Origin: Botryllus schlosseri | Lineage: Eukaryota | Direction: 5' to 3' | Assembly: GCA_051294905.1 (NCBI GenBank) | Contig: CM119372.1 | Location: forward strand, 6,264,001-6,324,000 | DNA length: 60,000 bases | Shown here: positions 1 through 14,142 of the stretch, in pieces | Layout: each line of letters starts with the position of its first letter | Position numbering within the stretch: position 1 is the first letter of the stretch | The notes under the pieces: model-generated | Seen by the model: only the letters and a program-made list of their open reading frames with translations | Databases searched by the model: none | Told to the model about the DNA's origin: nothing | Position numbers and translations under genes: made by a program

Positions 1-339
1 AATAAGTGGAAGAAACGATGTAAACTTCTAAATGCAAGTATCGCTCTAAAAACTAAAGTAAATATTATAAGCTTAGTTTTGCACAAAAACTAAAAACTGT
101 GAGGAACAAGTTTAATTAGTTTAGCATCAGAATAATTTCTTTACTAACCACCTCTGCATGATTATGCGGAATGTATTCGCCGTAAAGTAAAGGTTCAATA
201 CCCAGGCTACAAACGAGACCCGCTGGTTTTAATCTCCCCTACGAGATGTGAATTCAATATAGCATCAAAGAGTATCACAGCAACAACGGACATAAATACT
301 TCACTGAAGCAGGTCTTCGTCGTTCCAAGCCTAGATTAC

Positions 340-3300
340 CTGTAGGGGCCACCGTGGACGCGAGATCAGCATAGGTGACCGATTTGGGCGTGGCGTCGTC
401 GCGATGTACAACGCGGCGCCGTTCTTTCGCTGGCGGTTTGTGGCGTTTGCTCTCGAGACCAATATGGCGAAGTCCCTGCCTTTCCGTAACCGCGACCTCG
501 TCTATCCCTTCGGTGGATATTTCCTCGACATCAGCTTCTGAATCCACGCGAGGAGCCTGAATATATTTTAACACGTGAACCATCGCTTCTTCAAAACGTA
601 CCGTCTTAGCGAGAAGAGCGTGTTTTCACACCTAAAAGGTGGTCCACGAACACATAACCTAATTCAGAATTCGGAAACTGCAGAATTCAGACAAGTCTAT
701 CGAATATTTCACCTAACTTGTTAGCGACTGATGAACAGCTTCCGTTTTTTGGTTGTTTCAATTTAATGATTGCATGGTTTGAGCCAATCATCATTGTCAA
801 TCGGCGTTTGTCTTTAATTACAGGTATATATTTCAACCACTACCTTATAGTTATTTCGGTTACCTTGCAAAAGAGACGGTTCCGATTGGTTCAAGGTGTA
901 AACTGTAAAGCAGGGGTCACCGATGCGGCCCGCGAGGTCATATATTGTGGCCCGCACTCCCATTTGAGATTTCGGAAGAACGACAAGTAAAGTATTTAGA
1001 AATGCTGAAATGTTGATGTTGTAAAATAAGCTATATTCGCCTGTGTCCAACATCACCATTCCTCACAGGCTGAAACGACTTCAACGCTGCCAACAGCATT
1101 CCATCGAGGGAGAATTAGCTGATATGAATGGGCAATGGGTATATTGCCTCGAAATTCAATGACCCAGACACTTCCAAGACCAAAACGCTTGCAAAACGGC
1201 TTAGGGCTTTCCCACAGGATCAGGTTTTAGGGGGAGACAGTGTTTCAGCTACAGCAACGTGTCTCGCCAGCCCCAATATTGATTCCTTAGTGCCTAGTCG
1301 ATGAAAAGGTTGACCGGGTATCGTGAGCAGCTCATAGTTAAAAATCAAACGAAAGTGATTATCATGATATTTCTTGTTGTATTTGTACAACTTATACAAA
1401 GTATTGCGTCTTTTGTGGTAACTATTTTGACAGTCGCCAACGTTAGGTAGCACAGCGTTGTACTGGTGTCAAAGTTTTAATAACCGTGGTTGCGTAACTC
1501 CGTGGCATTCTGGTCTCAATATTGCATTCTTGCGGCATGACGCCGCTACGAAATTTGAAAAGTGGCCCGCGACACGTTTTAAGTTGGCGACCCCTGCTGT
1601 AAAGCATTGTTATAAATCCTACGAACCATCGTGCATCCCACGTGTCTGCGATCATTCGTACTTATTCTAACTTGTCAACTGTCATAGTGTTTGCTTTATC
1701 CCGCAGTATAATTCCGAGGTGCTGTTTTAATGTACCACCTTTTAGCTGTGAATGCACACTAGTCACGCTAATAGCGTACCACTCCGTCTTTAATTACCTC
1801 TTTCTGCTCGTTGGGAAGCTTCATCGGACACGGTTCGTTCACGTGCATGATCTAGGCGTAAAATATCAATCAGTGAACATGGATACTCTTAGTCTCAGCG
1901 TTCTGTCCATACGCGGATTTCCGTTTGCGTTAAGCAGCCGTGGATTCTCATCTCGCAAAGGTTTCTGTAAGTCTTGCCGTCCGACCCGCAGAGAGTGACG
2001 TTCCTGGGAGCCGTGTCGCCGTCGATGCTTCTTTTGGTTCGACGCTTCCGGTTTTCACGGTCCTATAGTCGAATGCAAGGTTAGTTTAGCTTTTCGGAGA
2101 AAACTTACACCGAAGAGATGAGCATAGTACCTTACGCCCCTTTCTCCCCTTTTTGCGATTACGTCTCGGGCCCTTGTCGTCGACCCACTTTGACCTCCCC
2201 CGAGGACTGGCGGAGATACTAAGCCGTACAGTATTTTCGTTTTGCTGCTCGTCTGTAGGTGATCGTAGGTGGTCAAATGTTGCATAGTAATAGTGAAGTT
2301 TCTAGTCAATTACATATCGCAGTAGCGATTTCCGAAACATGTCAAAATTACTCCAAGTACAAGTATAGTAAGAGAGAGGTTTGAAAAGTATTCTAGCAAG
2401 TAGTTTCAAAAGATAGACTTGGTCGAGGCGTCGCATACTGTCAGTGGTCAATCAGAGGCGGCTATAATTTTGAACGAATTCACTTTTTGAAAGAATGTTC
2501 AATCCCCAAAATCATACAAACCTATATCCGAAAGCTTTTTCTACAATACCAAACACAAATCGTAGAAAATTAGGTAGCTTTGCTTTTAAATGGAAGTATA
2601 GTAAAGCAAATCCACTCGAGTCAGTAGAAAACACGACTTCAATACTACGGAAAAGTTAGTGTTTTGCTAGTGACCACCTCAGGACGTAGTATAATCAGGT
2701 TCGCGATAAGTAACGGTTTTGGTACGTCAAAACTACTGGATTTCTGTTTGCGAGCTCAGACACGTCTGCACGTTAAATCTGCATAGTTTGACGGTATTCG
2801 TGTTGTGTAATGGTATCGTGGAGATTTTTGAGTTGGTTAAGTATGTTATGATCTGATTTACTGTAGCCTAACGGGAAACATGTCGCAGCGGCGTAGTAAA
2901 CCCTAAGTCCGTGGAAACTGGAGAGCGCGTTTTCAGCCATCTGACGGAATCGTTGTAAGTATAGCAGAAACAAACAGTATGATCAATGAGGATTTTCAGT
3001 GATGTACTCACTTTAACTAGCAAAGTGAGACTCTACTTGTTCTTCACGATTTCTTGAGTTAATCATATATGCTTAGTTCAATGTCGGTGCTCTTTTCAGA
3101 TGGATTCCAACTATAACTACTTGGTGGGACGTAGACTTAGACTCAGACAGGATATCACATGCGGCGCTTGGTATTAGAATAAGATTAGATTTTATTCAAC
3201 CCACCTTCACTGCAAATATCTTTGCGTGCGCAGGAGCAATCGAATTCCTTTTCGGCGTCAGGAATACACACACCACCGTGCGTGCAATCAATGCCCCGAC

Positions 3301-6300
3301 ACGGATCCGGCGTGGCTATAGAAAATAAGTTTGCCTTGGAATTTCAAGACTAAAAGACTATTGTTCGTTTTAAATTTAACCTACGTTTAGGTAAGTCGGA
3401 ATCCTGTTCCCCACAGTATCCTTTGCCTGTTATGACGATCTGTTGACCTTTTATGCACGATGCACGCTTCAGTAAGCACACGCTTTGATAAGTCACACCG
3501 TCACTGCCGCAAACAGGTTCTCTCTGTGAAACTAGAGATACGAAGTTCCGAAATTCAAGCACTGTCCGATTTTATTGCTAACAGATGAGGGCAATGTGCA
3601 ACGGGCAGTCATACCTTCACAGTGTTTACATGGATGTACCCCCATTCTCTTTTTTCGACTATTTCTGCATGGACCATCGCGAACGATGTTGATTCCTCTT
3701 TGTTCTTCGCACTGCACGCGACGCAAAAAGCATCTGTTCAGGTATGTCTTACCATCTCCGCCACAAACGTACTCCTTCGTTCTTGGACATTCTGCAGAAT
3801 CGAAAGTCAGATAAAACGATCGACATATTTGCCTTGTATTATACCAAGGGTTCTTAACCTGGGGTACATGTATATCCTTTTTAGGCAACAAAATAATTTT
3901 GAAGGTCCATAGTATTTCGAAATAATTTGGAGTTATCACCGGATTTTAACTTGTATCGGGCATGGTACGAAATGAAAAAACTTATTAGTTGACTTCTAGT
4001 TGATACAGCATTAGTATCCGGCCAACAAATAACTCTTATTCGCACCCATTATGAGTATTATAGGGCTGCTCTAAAAATCTTCGGAGCCCAGGGGAATGAT
4101 AATTCTGTTAATAACAAATATGTTCACAGTGTAGAACCTAACACAATCTTTAACAGAACGTTACACCATCTCTAGTGAGGACCAAATATGTGTCCATTCG
4201 CCAAAAATTAAAGTGTATCATTCAATCGATTCGCACTATGGCATGTTCAAAACTATTTGCTTTTCGCGTCCTAAAATATTTTAAAACTCACGTATATCGC
4301 ATTGGCATCTGTTTGCGCTGTCACACATCCCACCATATTGGCACGTACGCGCGCAGTCGCGCATAGGCGCATTAGGCGTTACAGGTCGGTATTTCTCCAT
4401 CAACGTGTCTGAAAACATGCGTGAGCGTGTGATGAGTGAGGGCGCTTATTTTCAATGAAGATATTGACGTCTCGTCATGTGAACTCTGTCACTAGAGCAA
4501 GGGCTGATAATCCAGATAATACTTGATGTGGTCGTATGGAGAAGAGGACTTGTGTTTAGGTTAAGAAATAATATTGACTTTACAAACTTTGATTCGTTTT
4601 GAAGGATATTCATCCACCATCGATTGCTTCAATGACAACGATATGATGCTTAAGTTGCGATGGTCGGTACATATTCAATATATTATATTATTGGATTTGG
4701 ATTGGCCTACGTTAACGTAAATTTGTCAGTCGGAAATGTTCAATGTACTTCAATATGAACATACTATCTAACTGTATATTGAATTTCTGCACCCGCGAGG
4801 GTCTCTGTAAATGGATTAGCGGTCCACAAAATTTCAATCTCATCCCTTCTTGATACTACAAATCCGCAAGACAGGATGATTTCTAGATTAGTAAATCGAG
4901 CTTGTAGTTCCTACAACGAAGGTACTATTCCTCCTCGTCTTTTATATTCCTGAGCTAATGCTGAAAAATTCATTTTACCTCCAGAGCACGGTCCAGTATG
5001 CGCTACTGTTATGTTGTACTGACATCTGCATGAATGTCGTCGCAAGTGACATTTGCTGCTGTACGTGATGTCGTTGGAGCCGCACACCTCTCGTCGTAAA
5101 CGGTGCTCACATCGAAAATGGCAGCTGCAAACTTCAGTCCGCGTGGAGCCTGAAACGGTGAATATTGATGAATTTAACTCGAAGTTTTCAGACAGTTTAA
5201 GTAGCCACTTAGCATTCGTATAGGTCTATAATGTAAGCACCTAATTACAATTGAGCGAATATACAAGTTTCACACGCAGGAAATTTAAGTTTTCGCAATA
5301 TTCACGCAGATAGTATCTTTGTAGTACTAAGAGACGGGCTAAAATTGGACTGCAATTACATTGTTATCAAGATGACCAATCACTAACAGTTCTTGGGAAA
5401 ACAAAGCCACGAATTCAAACTCCCAAATATATTACTTTACGAGCGTATGCGATGACTGAGCCCTTGCCCGACATCACCAAATAGATTACTTTCTGCTGGA
5501 GTGCATCCCGGGTAATACACTAACGAACGGGTTCGGGAACCAGGCCTGTTAAATATCCACCAATGGGCTTTGAACTATATGATTTAAATTAGGTAACAAA
5601 ACTATTTTCGAAAGAATATAATCGACTCGTATTGAAGGGATCGCCATGATCTCGGATTTAAACGAAACTCGATATGTTGTTCGACGTCAAGTTGGACGTT
5701 GATAGTCATGGCATCAAATGCAGTCTCATTATCGATGAAATTGAATATTTCTCATTTTGGTATCATTTTAGACATAACGCGTTGGACATGACAAATACGA
5801 TTGAATTGTGTGACTCAACCCAACTTTCACGATACCATATCATCAATTTCACTCAAATCCGCTTGTTTTTACAAGCGCACGCTTCGTCACCCGAAGTCAT
5901 AACGATTAGTCTGACATGAGTACTTGAAGAGTTCGCGGACACTGACCTGTGTTGCGTAACCCTCGTAAGTCAACTCCGGATGATAGCTCCGAGTCTTCAT
6001 CCACATCTGGCATGATGTGACGCGTAATGGTGCCACGGTCAGAGACGTCTGCCGCCTGAAAGTATCGTATCGTAAAGCGCTACAAGACCACATGTATTCC
6101 GGCCTGTAAAATCTGCGGTTGCGGAATGTGCGACATGAAAACTGCCGATGTGTCGTTCGCGAGATGCTCACATGTAACTGTAGGCTATATTAATCGGATT
6201 AGCTGACTTCGTCATAACAGTGCGGAACAAAAAGGTACTTTGGTATTGTTACATGTTGCAGAGAAAAATACATGAAACTATGTGAAAATATAAGAAGGTT

Positions 6301-9300
6301 ATGCGTTTCGAAACACCAGCGCGAACAATGAATGCGTACTTTGGTCACCACTGTGATGAAATAATTATTATTGAGCAGATATCTTACGGATAAATTATGC
6401 CGTGAGGATCAATTAATCGCAATATTTCACATTAGCCCGTGGCGTACTGAATTTAAATCGTCCTATCTCATCTGCTATTTGGAGTTTTGAATATGGAGTT
6501 ATAAACTATTGTAAAGAACAGAAGGTCGTAGGCTATTACCTTCTGACATTTTCCACCAAATCTGCAGTTGGTTGCGGTATCACACGCCTCACCGGGTTTG
6601 GTAGTTGGATAGTGATGACAGGAAATTGTCTCTTGGTGTGATGAGCCTAAAATACGGGGATATTATTAAAAAATAACTACAATGTAGAAACATTTTGACC
6701 ACTCTACATGGGTATGCTTTGAATAACCGTAAATTAGTTAACCGCGGGAATGTTGCCAAAATATATTTCCTGTCTATAATAACTCAAGTAAGAAGAACAT
6801 TAGACATGGCATGGTACACCTGCACCTGACAATACGATGAAGTTTTCTCTGACACGTCGCGGTGTCTTATTTATACAATACGCCGATGGGTGACAACATA
6901 TCAATTTACACTAGGAAACGCCATATTAAGGTGGCGTCACAGCTGTGTGCTTATAATATTAAGGTTCAAGGCACTAACGGTTGAATGCTGCATGAGCTCT
7001 AAAACTTACACTTGGCATAGGCTCTTAACAAGCATAAAAATTCCAAGATCACTGGTAACTAGGGATAGTTTTTGCAATCTTTGCAACTTTTTATTACTCA
7101 GAATTTATGTAGTATGATGTTTTAAACTGTTTGTATGAATTTTATATTGCACCTTTTTTCTATTTTTCGTGCAACCGTTTACTGCAACTTTTATCACGTA
7201 TGGCGCACAATGTAAAGGAGTTAAGAAAGATGCTATAAAAATATTTCTAGTATGGTTTAGTCTCTTCGATTTGCATAACAAAGAGCTATGTGATGGATTA
7301 GCTGCATCTCAATGTTGTTACGATCTCTATTTCTCCCCAGACAATGTGATGGAATATTTGGCACAATATGTAAAGAGATCGCGTGATTAATTAACTTTCG
7401 TTTAAATTTGATGACCTTTCCCATTTCACGGACGCCCAGGCGAGCCCGCCAAAAATTATATTTTCACTGGGTCACCTTTTCCAGGCTATTGATTTTATTT
7501 AAGTCTCCAACACTGAGTTTTGCTGCAATGCCGTGGATCAAGTTTGCAGATCTAGGTAATTTAGACCAGCGGTTCTCAACCTTTTTTGACATGGGCCCCC
7601 CTTGACGATGGTCAAAAAAATGTGCGCCCCCTGACCACTCTGCACATATCGTCATGTCAAAAAGAGCACATGGTATAGTAGTATAATAGCACAGTAGCAT
7701 AGTATACAAATGGTATATGTTACGCCAAGTTTTAATCCGCATTCCAGTTGTTAAGTCTTTTACATTTCTGACAAATTTTCCTGAAACTTGGTTGAAAATA
7801 ACAAAAAAAAAACATTGAACAGGACATCAATTTATTTCAATGTAGGCTGTACTGAGACTAATTCTAATGCTGGTAGTGACTATAGAGAGCACGGCGTCAT
7901 TCTGTCCTGCCATGATAAATTTGATCCGTTTTGGAATTGAATTAAATTGTGTTGATTTAGGGTAGCCTAATTGCGGGCAAAACCGGGCAACCTATTTTGT
8001 CTTAGGCCATGGGCGGGCAACTTCACCAGTTGGCGGGCCGGATATAGGAAAATTACGTATTTGGCGGGCCGGATTGCTTAATCGATGCATTAGTCGCCTA
8101 TTTATCCATATATACAGGGAAAAAATCGTATTTAATGAATGTATTTTAAGGGCAGCAATGTCACTTCAAAGCCATTTCTCGCCGATAAGGACGAAGACAA
8201 TGTGGATTTGAGAACAGCATTGTCATACAGGTGCCGCCATGACTGCTTCTCTCTGATCAAAACACACGTTGCAAACCCCAATTAAGATTCCAAGGCGTTA
8301 TATAAGCCCAGTACTCCAAATTTACCAAGAAATCAATTCATTACGATTAATATATGGTAAAAGCCGATAATGCAAGTCTTCTCGCCCGACGAACTTGCGC
8401 GTAAGCTCTACTCCCGCATGCTGCGCTTACACGTAACATACAGTCTCTAAAATCTGACGTTTAAGCAAGTATAGTGGGGAATTTCGACAGACTGGGGTCA
8501 TGGGCCACATTATCATGTAAGACAGGAAACCGTCCGCGGGCCGGACAAAATCCCGTCACGGACCGTATGTTGCCCGTCCCTGTTTAGGCAGTGCAGTTCG
8601 CCAGCTATTAACAACAGCTAACCAGCGCACCGAGCTCCGGGCTACTGCCAAAGCTATGAAGTAATGAATGACTTACACGTGGGAATTGCTCTAAATCTTC
8701 AAAGAACATCAAAAATTTGCTCAAATAAAGTTGAAATCAGCCTATACTATACGTTAAGTGCGACTGCTGGAGTTTGTATTTGACAAGCTTACTTGCATAC
8801 GAAAAAAGTTTCATCTTCAACAATCGTCTTCTCAGAATGGCTGTGAAACACGTTTCGTCACAATTTATACAGACTTTGTCAATTTCTCGCGCCCCAGTGA
8901 GAGACTCCAGCGCCCCCCAGGTTGATAACCACTGATTTAGACTGTGATATTTTACTTGTTTGGGAGGAAGGGGGATGGGCGGATTATCACCGCTTTGCTG
9001 TTTGACTTTGTTTGACATTGTGGTATTTTCCTGCTGCGTACCGACAAAAATTGTATTTTTCGGCGGTCTCGCCGTCCCATAAGTCGGAAAGTATCAAATT
9101 CGACAGGTTTGCAGGAGCTGACAGCGAAATGCTGCCATGTCGGTTTAAATCCTAACGAACATATAATGCATGCATGTTCGATTGAATAGCGAAGAGAGAA
9201 AAGGAACAACCTGACATCCTGCAAATCTCAAACTGTTAGATTAAACAACGGAACTTTTCAAGTATCTCATGCGTTATTAATTTTTAAAAACTTGTGTATA

Positions 9301-10581
9301 AAATTACGTGCAGTCTTCTCACGATTTTAGTGCAACAGAAACTTGCCCTACTGATAACCATATCAGTGGTATATGTACTGGTTTACTCCTGTTTGGTTGT
9401 TGATTTTCGAATTTATATTGAGGCCTCTGCGATCAGCTTTCTATCGTTTGCTACCGTAAAAAATAAATGAATGCATTCATTAGCATTTTCCCTGTCGATC
9501 ATCTCCGCATGACTTCTCATCGTATTTCAACTATTTTCCGCAATGCTGGCAAGTTTTGGGTATCAGTTTGCAGTTTTTGAGCTGGCCCAATTAGCTAGAG
9601 ACCTAATTATTTTAATAAATACAGCACGCATTTGTGGACATTTTTGCTATTGAGCTAATCTCAGTTTTGTAAAGGTAAGTTTCGGAAGCGGAAACAGGTC
9701 ATATCATATAAACTTCTGCATCATGGACTTATGGTTACCGTTATGACACCAAATACCCCCGCTACCGTTTCGATGAAACTTATTCGACGTGATCTTCACG
9801 CATTGGCGACTTCCGTAAATACCAGATACCGAATTCCGAGGCCAACGCTGTGGAATTTTTGAAACGCTACTTCGTGGCTCAAAGAAACGCGGTAAGATTA
9901 GACTAAACTCTGTAGAACACGATCGATAATACGGCGGTTTCCGTCATTATCGTACATGCTGAATGCTGTACAAGATTTTCCAATGAAATTGCTGCACTTG
10001 GTGTCACGGTTGGTTTCACAAGAAATACTACCGTATGGCCATTGGCCATGACTTGGTTGCAAGGCTGATCGCAATATTATCCCTGCCCATAGTGCCCATT
10101 AGTCATATTCAACCGACAGTTATAGAGATAAATACTTTACACACATTGAAAGTGCTAGATCTAAGAATCATAGTAATTATATCTGCCGTACAATTACAAT
10201 ACATGTTTTCAAATAGCTGAACATGAACAGAACAAAGACTCTTGGGTCTGGATCATTGTAGATCTCTAGAAATAGAAAATTGTAATCAGAAAAACTCAAA
10301 TACCGGTATACCGGTTCCAAATCAGTTTATAGGTCCATACATTGCTATTACTAAGTTACATTCATTATAACATAATGAATAACATATACCCTCTCTGTCT
10401 CTGCTACCCTAACAGTTCTTCCTGCATCACCTGGCGTTGAGACTTATGCTAGCTCAATGCAAACATAAACAATAATAAATATAAGTCATCACTTACCCAA
10501 AATCGATCGTGGAGATATTGTTGACAAAGAGAACGCGATCAGGATGTATTCATAGAGGAAGAATGCGCGACAAATCGCCAT
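340..10581 (-). CDS. Secreted follistatin/Kazal multi-domain protein (agrin/tomoregulin-like); 3' end lies beyond the left window edge
   Basis: Phase-consistent GT-AG exons: 10581-10497 (MAICRAFFLYEYILIAFSLSTISPRSILG, signal-like), 6646-6540 (CDTATNCRFGGKCQK, FOLN), 6055-5947, 5149-4979 (CSCHFRC..EVCGSNDITYSSKCHL..GPC), 3791-3615 (CPRTKEYVCGGDGKTYLNRC), 3531-3385 (EPVCGSDGVTYQSVC), 3315-3205 (CRGIDCTHGGVC..CSC), 2252-2131, 2062-1913 (TLCGSDGKTYRNLC), 1851-1798, 556-340. Four Kazal motifs and two follistatin-N motifs. Confidence 0.85.
911..1596. mobile_element. hAT (Charlie-type) MITE
   Basis: CAGGGGTC..GACCCCTG termini; perfect 8-bp TSD CTGTAAAG at 903-910 and 1597-1604; intronic. Confidence 0.85.
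7567..8934. mobile_element. hAT MITE hosting a second MITE
   Basis: CAGCGGTTCTCAACC..GGTTGATAACCACTG TIRs; perfect TSD ATTTAGAC at 7559-7566 and 8935-8942. Confidence 0.85.
8008..8582. mobile_element. hAT MITE (same family as 35560-37059)
   Basis: CATGGGCGGGCAAC..GTTGCCCGTCCCTG TIRs; TTAGGC on both flanks; internal sequence colinear with the 35560 copy. Confidence 0.8.
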
Positions 10582-12964
10582 AACTCAACGCCGGCGGAGA
10601 GAACTTACAATACAGACAGTGGCAGTCCAAAGGCAGCGTAGCTAAAGATTCATGTTTACGCTATCACCTATTGCTCGCGGCAGTTCGTATAGATAATATC
10701 TAGAAACAAGGCATGCACTCGGCGTTCATATACTCTCAACGAAGCATTATTATTGCCCTACTTGGAATAGGAAAGTGGACATAATATTTTAGTAATAATG
10801 GGCGTATTCTTCGTAAAATTCCATATGATAGATGATAATTAGATTACAAATACTGTTACGTTGTCGTTGACACAGTATAATGATACACTTTCGACAATTG
10901 TGCTGGGATTATTCGTACCATGCACTCGCATTGGTACGCGAAGAGGTTAGGAAACCATAACGACCAACAACGTTGATGGGTGTCTGAGTTTATATCGCAT
11001 ACATATAAAACTGCATAAAAACATATCGAGCAGACAGCACGATGGTGGTATATAACAATACTAATTTGACAATGTACCTTATAGCGATCGGCTTATAGGA
11101 TCACGATCTGTAAACGAGGGATACACCGTGGGGTTAGGGGAAATGGCCTGTTATATTGGCTACAGCTTAGGTTACGGATGTAGCATTGATGCATAGCACT
11201 ACAAGTAAATTAATTTTATCTCATGTCTTAATATCCGAGAAATTTATCGTTTTGCTGTGCGCTGATGGAGTTTCATTAACAAATATACGTATAAAAAAGG
11301 GCAACGTGGTACGCGGGTGCAGGGACTTCCATAAACGGCAACCCATCGCTCCCGCCGATTTGGATCATACTACAGCGCCACTTGTTTGTCCAGTTCGTAT
11401 TGCACGGATGGAGTGGTTCAGCAGAGGAGAAATTGAGTGTAATAAACGTTGTTGTTTGTGGTATTCATGGTGTCTGTCGACTACAATGGTCATTTACACC
11501 AGGCCGATATTCATAATTTTTGATTCCGTAGCTGCCGAGTGCCGACTTGTAGCAGGGCCCAGCAAACACAAAACCGTAAAAGGATCATCCGGGATCATCT
11601 CGATTAGGTTCTGATTTTCTAAGTGTCGAGGGAATGTCTAAAATACGTAGTAGGATGGTCTTGTGGTTATATTCAATCAGAATAAATTCATACTCGGTGT
11701 TGTTCCATCTCATGCATTAGGCTTCGTTATATCTGGTAGTTAACCTAATAATGCAAATTTTCTATCTCTCGCGGGTACGACTAAAATACGTAGAAAGGAT
11801 GACTTTGTCGGTACATTCAATCACGATGAATTCTATCCGGTTTTGTTCGATCTCATGCGGTAGCTTCGTTCTATCCATTAGAAAACAATGTTCTCCCTTC
11901 GTTTTATTGCGTGAGGATGTCACCGGTGTTGTATATTCGTGTTGTTGCTCTAAGGTCGAATAGTTTTGTTTTCCTCTGATATATATGATCTTCATTATAT
12001 ATATATTCGCTCTTTCGGTAATCTCGCATGTTCAACGAGAATGGTTAATAGTTTTATTCAGAGAATAACTAAATAAAAGTGATATGTTGTACGTTTAGGA
12101 ATATGATTATCGATGCGTGACTTCTAGAATATTTCGGCGATTCAAATTTTACGTCATCGCGCCATACAAAGATTTGACGCGCAACAGGTCGCAGCCAGGC
12201 ATAGTTCGCTCTTTCTGTATGGTAAATGCCGTAAATATATAGGAATTGTGACTGACTGAGGTAGCGGGTTAAAGGTATATATGCAGTAGCATATAGCTTA
12301 TGGGGTATTTCGAATTGCCTGTAGTATATGACGCCTAGAGCTGTTTGACTTTCTGCAAAACAGGTGTAGACAACTATAGAAAAGTTTCAGCTTTTCCAGG
12401 TTAGAATTAGAGCTAAACCGTTTTTCCGAATTAGATTACAATTATATTGCTGGCATTTGGCTCTAATTTAGTGAAATTAGACCACTATAATTCGCTTCAA
12501 ACATCTGAATTACCGGTAACTATACCTACGGTATATCATAATATTTATGCTTGAATTTTCTAGGTATATAAGTCATATAGATACATTCCTGTAGAACACT
12601 GATTCATGATTTTATAAAAGTTGGTGCAAGAATGGACATTTTCAACTTGATGTTGATTAATGGAGCAAAATTTGATATTTGAGTGCAATTATACCTCGAA
12701 TCCAGTGACAAGATTATTAATCGTTGAAACCAAACGCAGCTTGATTATGTTGGCCCAGAGAATTTGGCTAGCCAGACCATATTGATGGAATATGGTCACA
12801 GTAAGATAATATTTTGGGCTATTTTACATGAACTTTCCAACATTTGATTTGATATGTCCACTAAAACAGTTGTTATTCTGCTTTCGAACAAGACCTTAAT
12901 TGCTGGTTTCAATGGTAACTGTGTTTGTCAAAGGCTGCAAAGGTAATTTCTTTTCCATGTTAGA

Positions 12965-14142
12965 TGTTTATTTGTTTGTTTGTGGTGTTCATGGTGGTGG
13001 TTCGACTACACTGATCATTTTACACCAGGCCGGTTCTTATTATTATTATTCCGTATCTGCCCGATTACCAGTGAACTCGGCACTTGGTGAATTCGGCCGC
13101 ACAAACTCGGCACTTGGTGAATTCGGCCGTGATAGATCTCGTAGCGGTACCGGTCACCATGATTGGTTACTGGAATGTTTGCCGGTGAACTTGGCACTTT
13201 GAGTGGTTGTCAATGTTGTACGGGGGTCAGGGCATGCGTAGATCACACAGTCACGGCGTGATTAGATCACAGATTGCGTAATTGCGGGAAATAACGCGAC
13301 GCTCTTCACTTGGTGAGCTCGGCCCTTGGAGGAATTGGCACTAGAACACCTTCGCATTAGAAATGCATTTAGTATGAATGAACAGTATCAAAAAGGAAAT
13401 TTAAACGTGTCGTGGCTCGTGGTAGATCTCGTAATCTTGGGATCCTTCAATCGTGTTATCGAGACACCCTAATCCCAGAGTGGAATCGTCTCTCCAAAGG
13501 CAAAAAATAATTTATTTTGACGTGATCATGCGAAACATTTGTTGATGAGGAACACTGGCTTGTCGTGATCGATAAACGAAGAAGCGCCGCTTGATGTTCC
13601 ACAGTGTTGATCTCACATACAACGCCAAGATCCATCTTCTCAAAACTTACACGACACAGGCCCGTGACTCACGCCATCGATTCCAAGCAGACCGCGCGTG
13701 GTCGGTATATGAGCGCTGTGTTATTTCCCGTGGCTACGCAATCCGTGATCTAATCACGCCGTGACTGCGCGATCTACGGATGCCCTGACCTCCTTACAAG
13801 ATTGACGAATCACTTGATAATACTATCATTAGTTTGATAATTCATATTAATAGCTGTAAATACACTTCATTTCAAAATTTCCCGAGGGCCGAATTCACCA
13901 AGTGCCGAGTTTGTGCGGCCGAATTCACCAAGTGCCGGGTGCATCGGCAACCATCTGCCCACTTACAGCACGGCCCACTCCTACGCTTTTTAAGACATGG
14001 CTATGCGAATCAGATGGCGAGGAGGAGCCTAGATAAACGGCCAACACTTCGGTAGGAATTATGGAGTCGACGTGTCACGCTCGAACCCGCAATTCATTGG
14101 TGTTTAGCTATAATGGAACGTATACCACTACGTTTCCTCGCC
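12965..14142 (-). mobile_element. tRNA-derived SINE (family A), interrupted by a DNA transposon
   Basis: Matches the intact copy at 21151-21434; split at the duplicated ATCTGCCC. Confidence 0.8.
13063..13952. mobile_element. Non-autonomous DNA transposon, possibly Merlin-like
   Basis: 8-bp TSD ATCTGCCC (13055-13062 and 13953-13960); TIRs containing two tandem copies of CGGCACTTGGTGAATTCGGCC; a second internal inverted repeat at ~13210-13305 vs ~13711-13803. Confidence 0.75.

Noticed and set aside
1249..1293. Possible terminal exon ALRNQYWGWRDTLL* of the Kazal gene
   Set aside because: It lies inside the 911-1596 MITE, and exon 556-340 continues the frame.
5887..6171. 94-aa ORF as an exon
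   Set aside because: Wrong phase; the exon that keeps frame is 6055-5947 in another frame.
13074..13129. CRISPR-like direct repeats
   Set aside because: Only two abutting units, mirrored at the other end of a transposon, in eukaryotic DNA with no cas genes.
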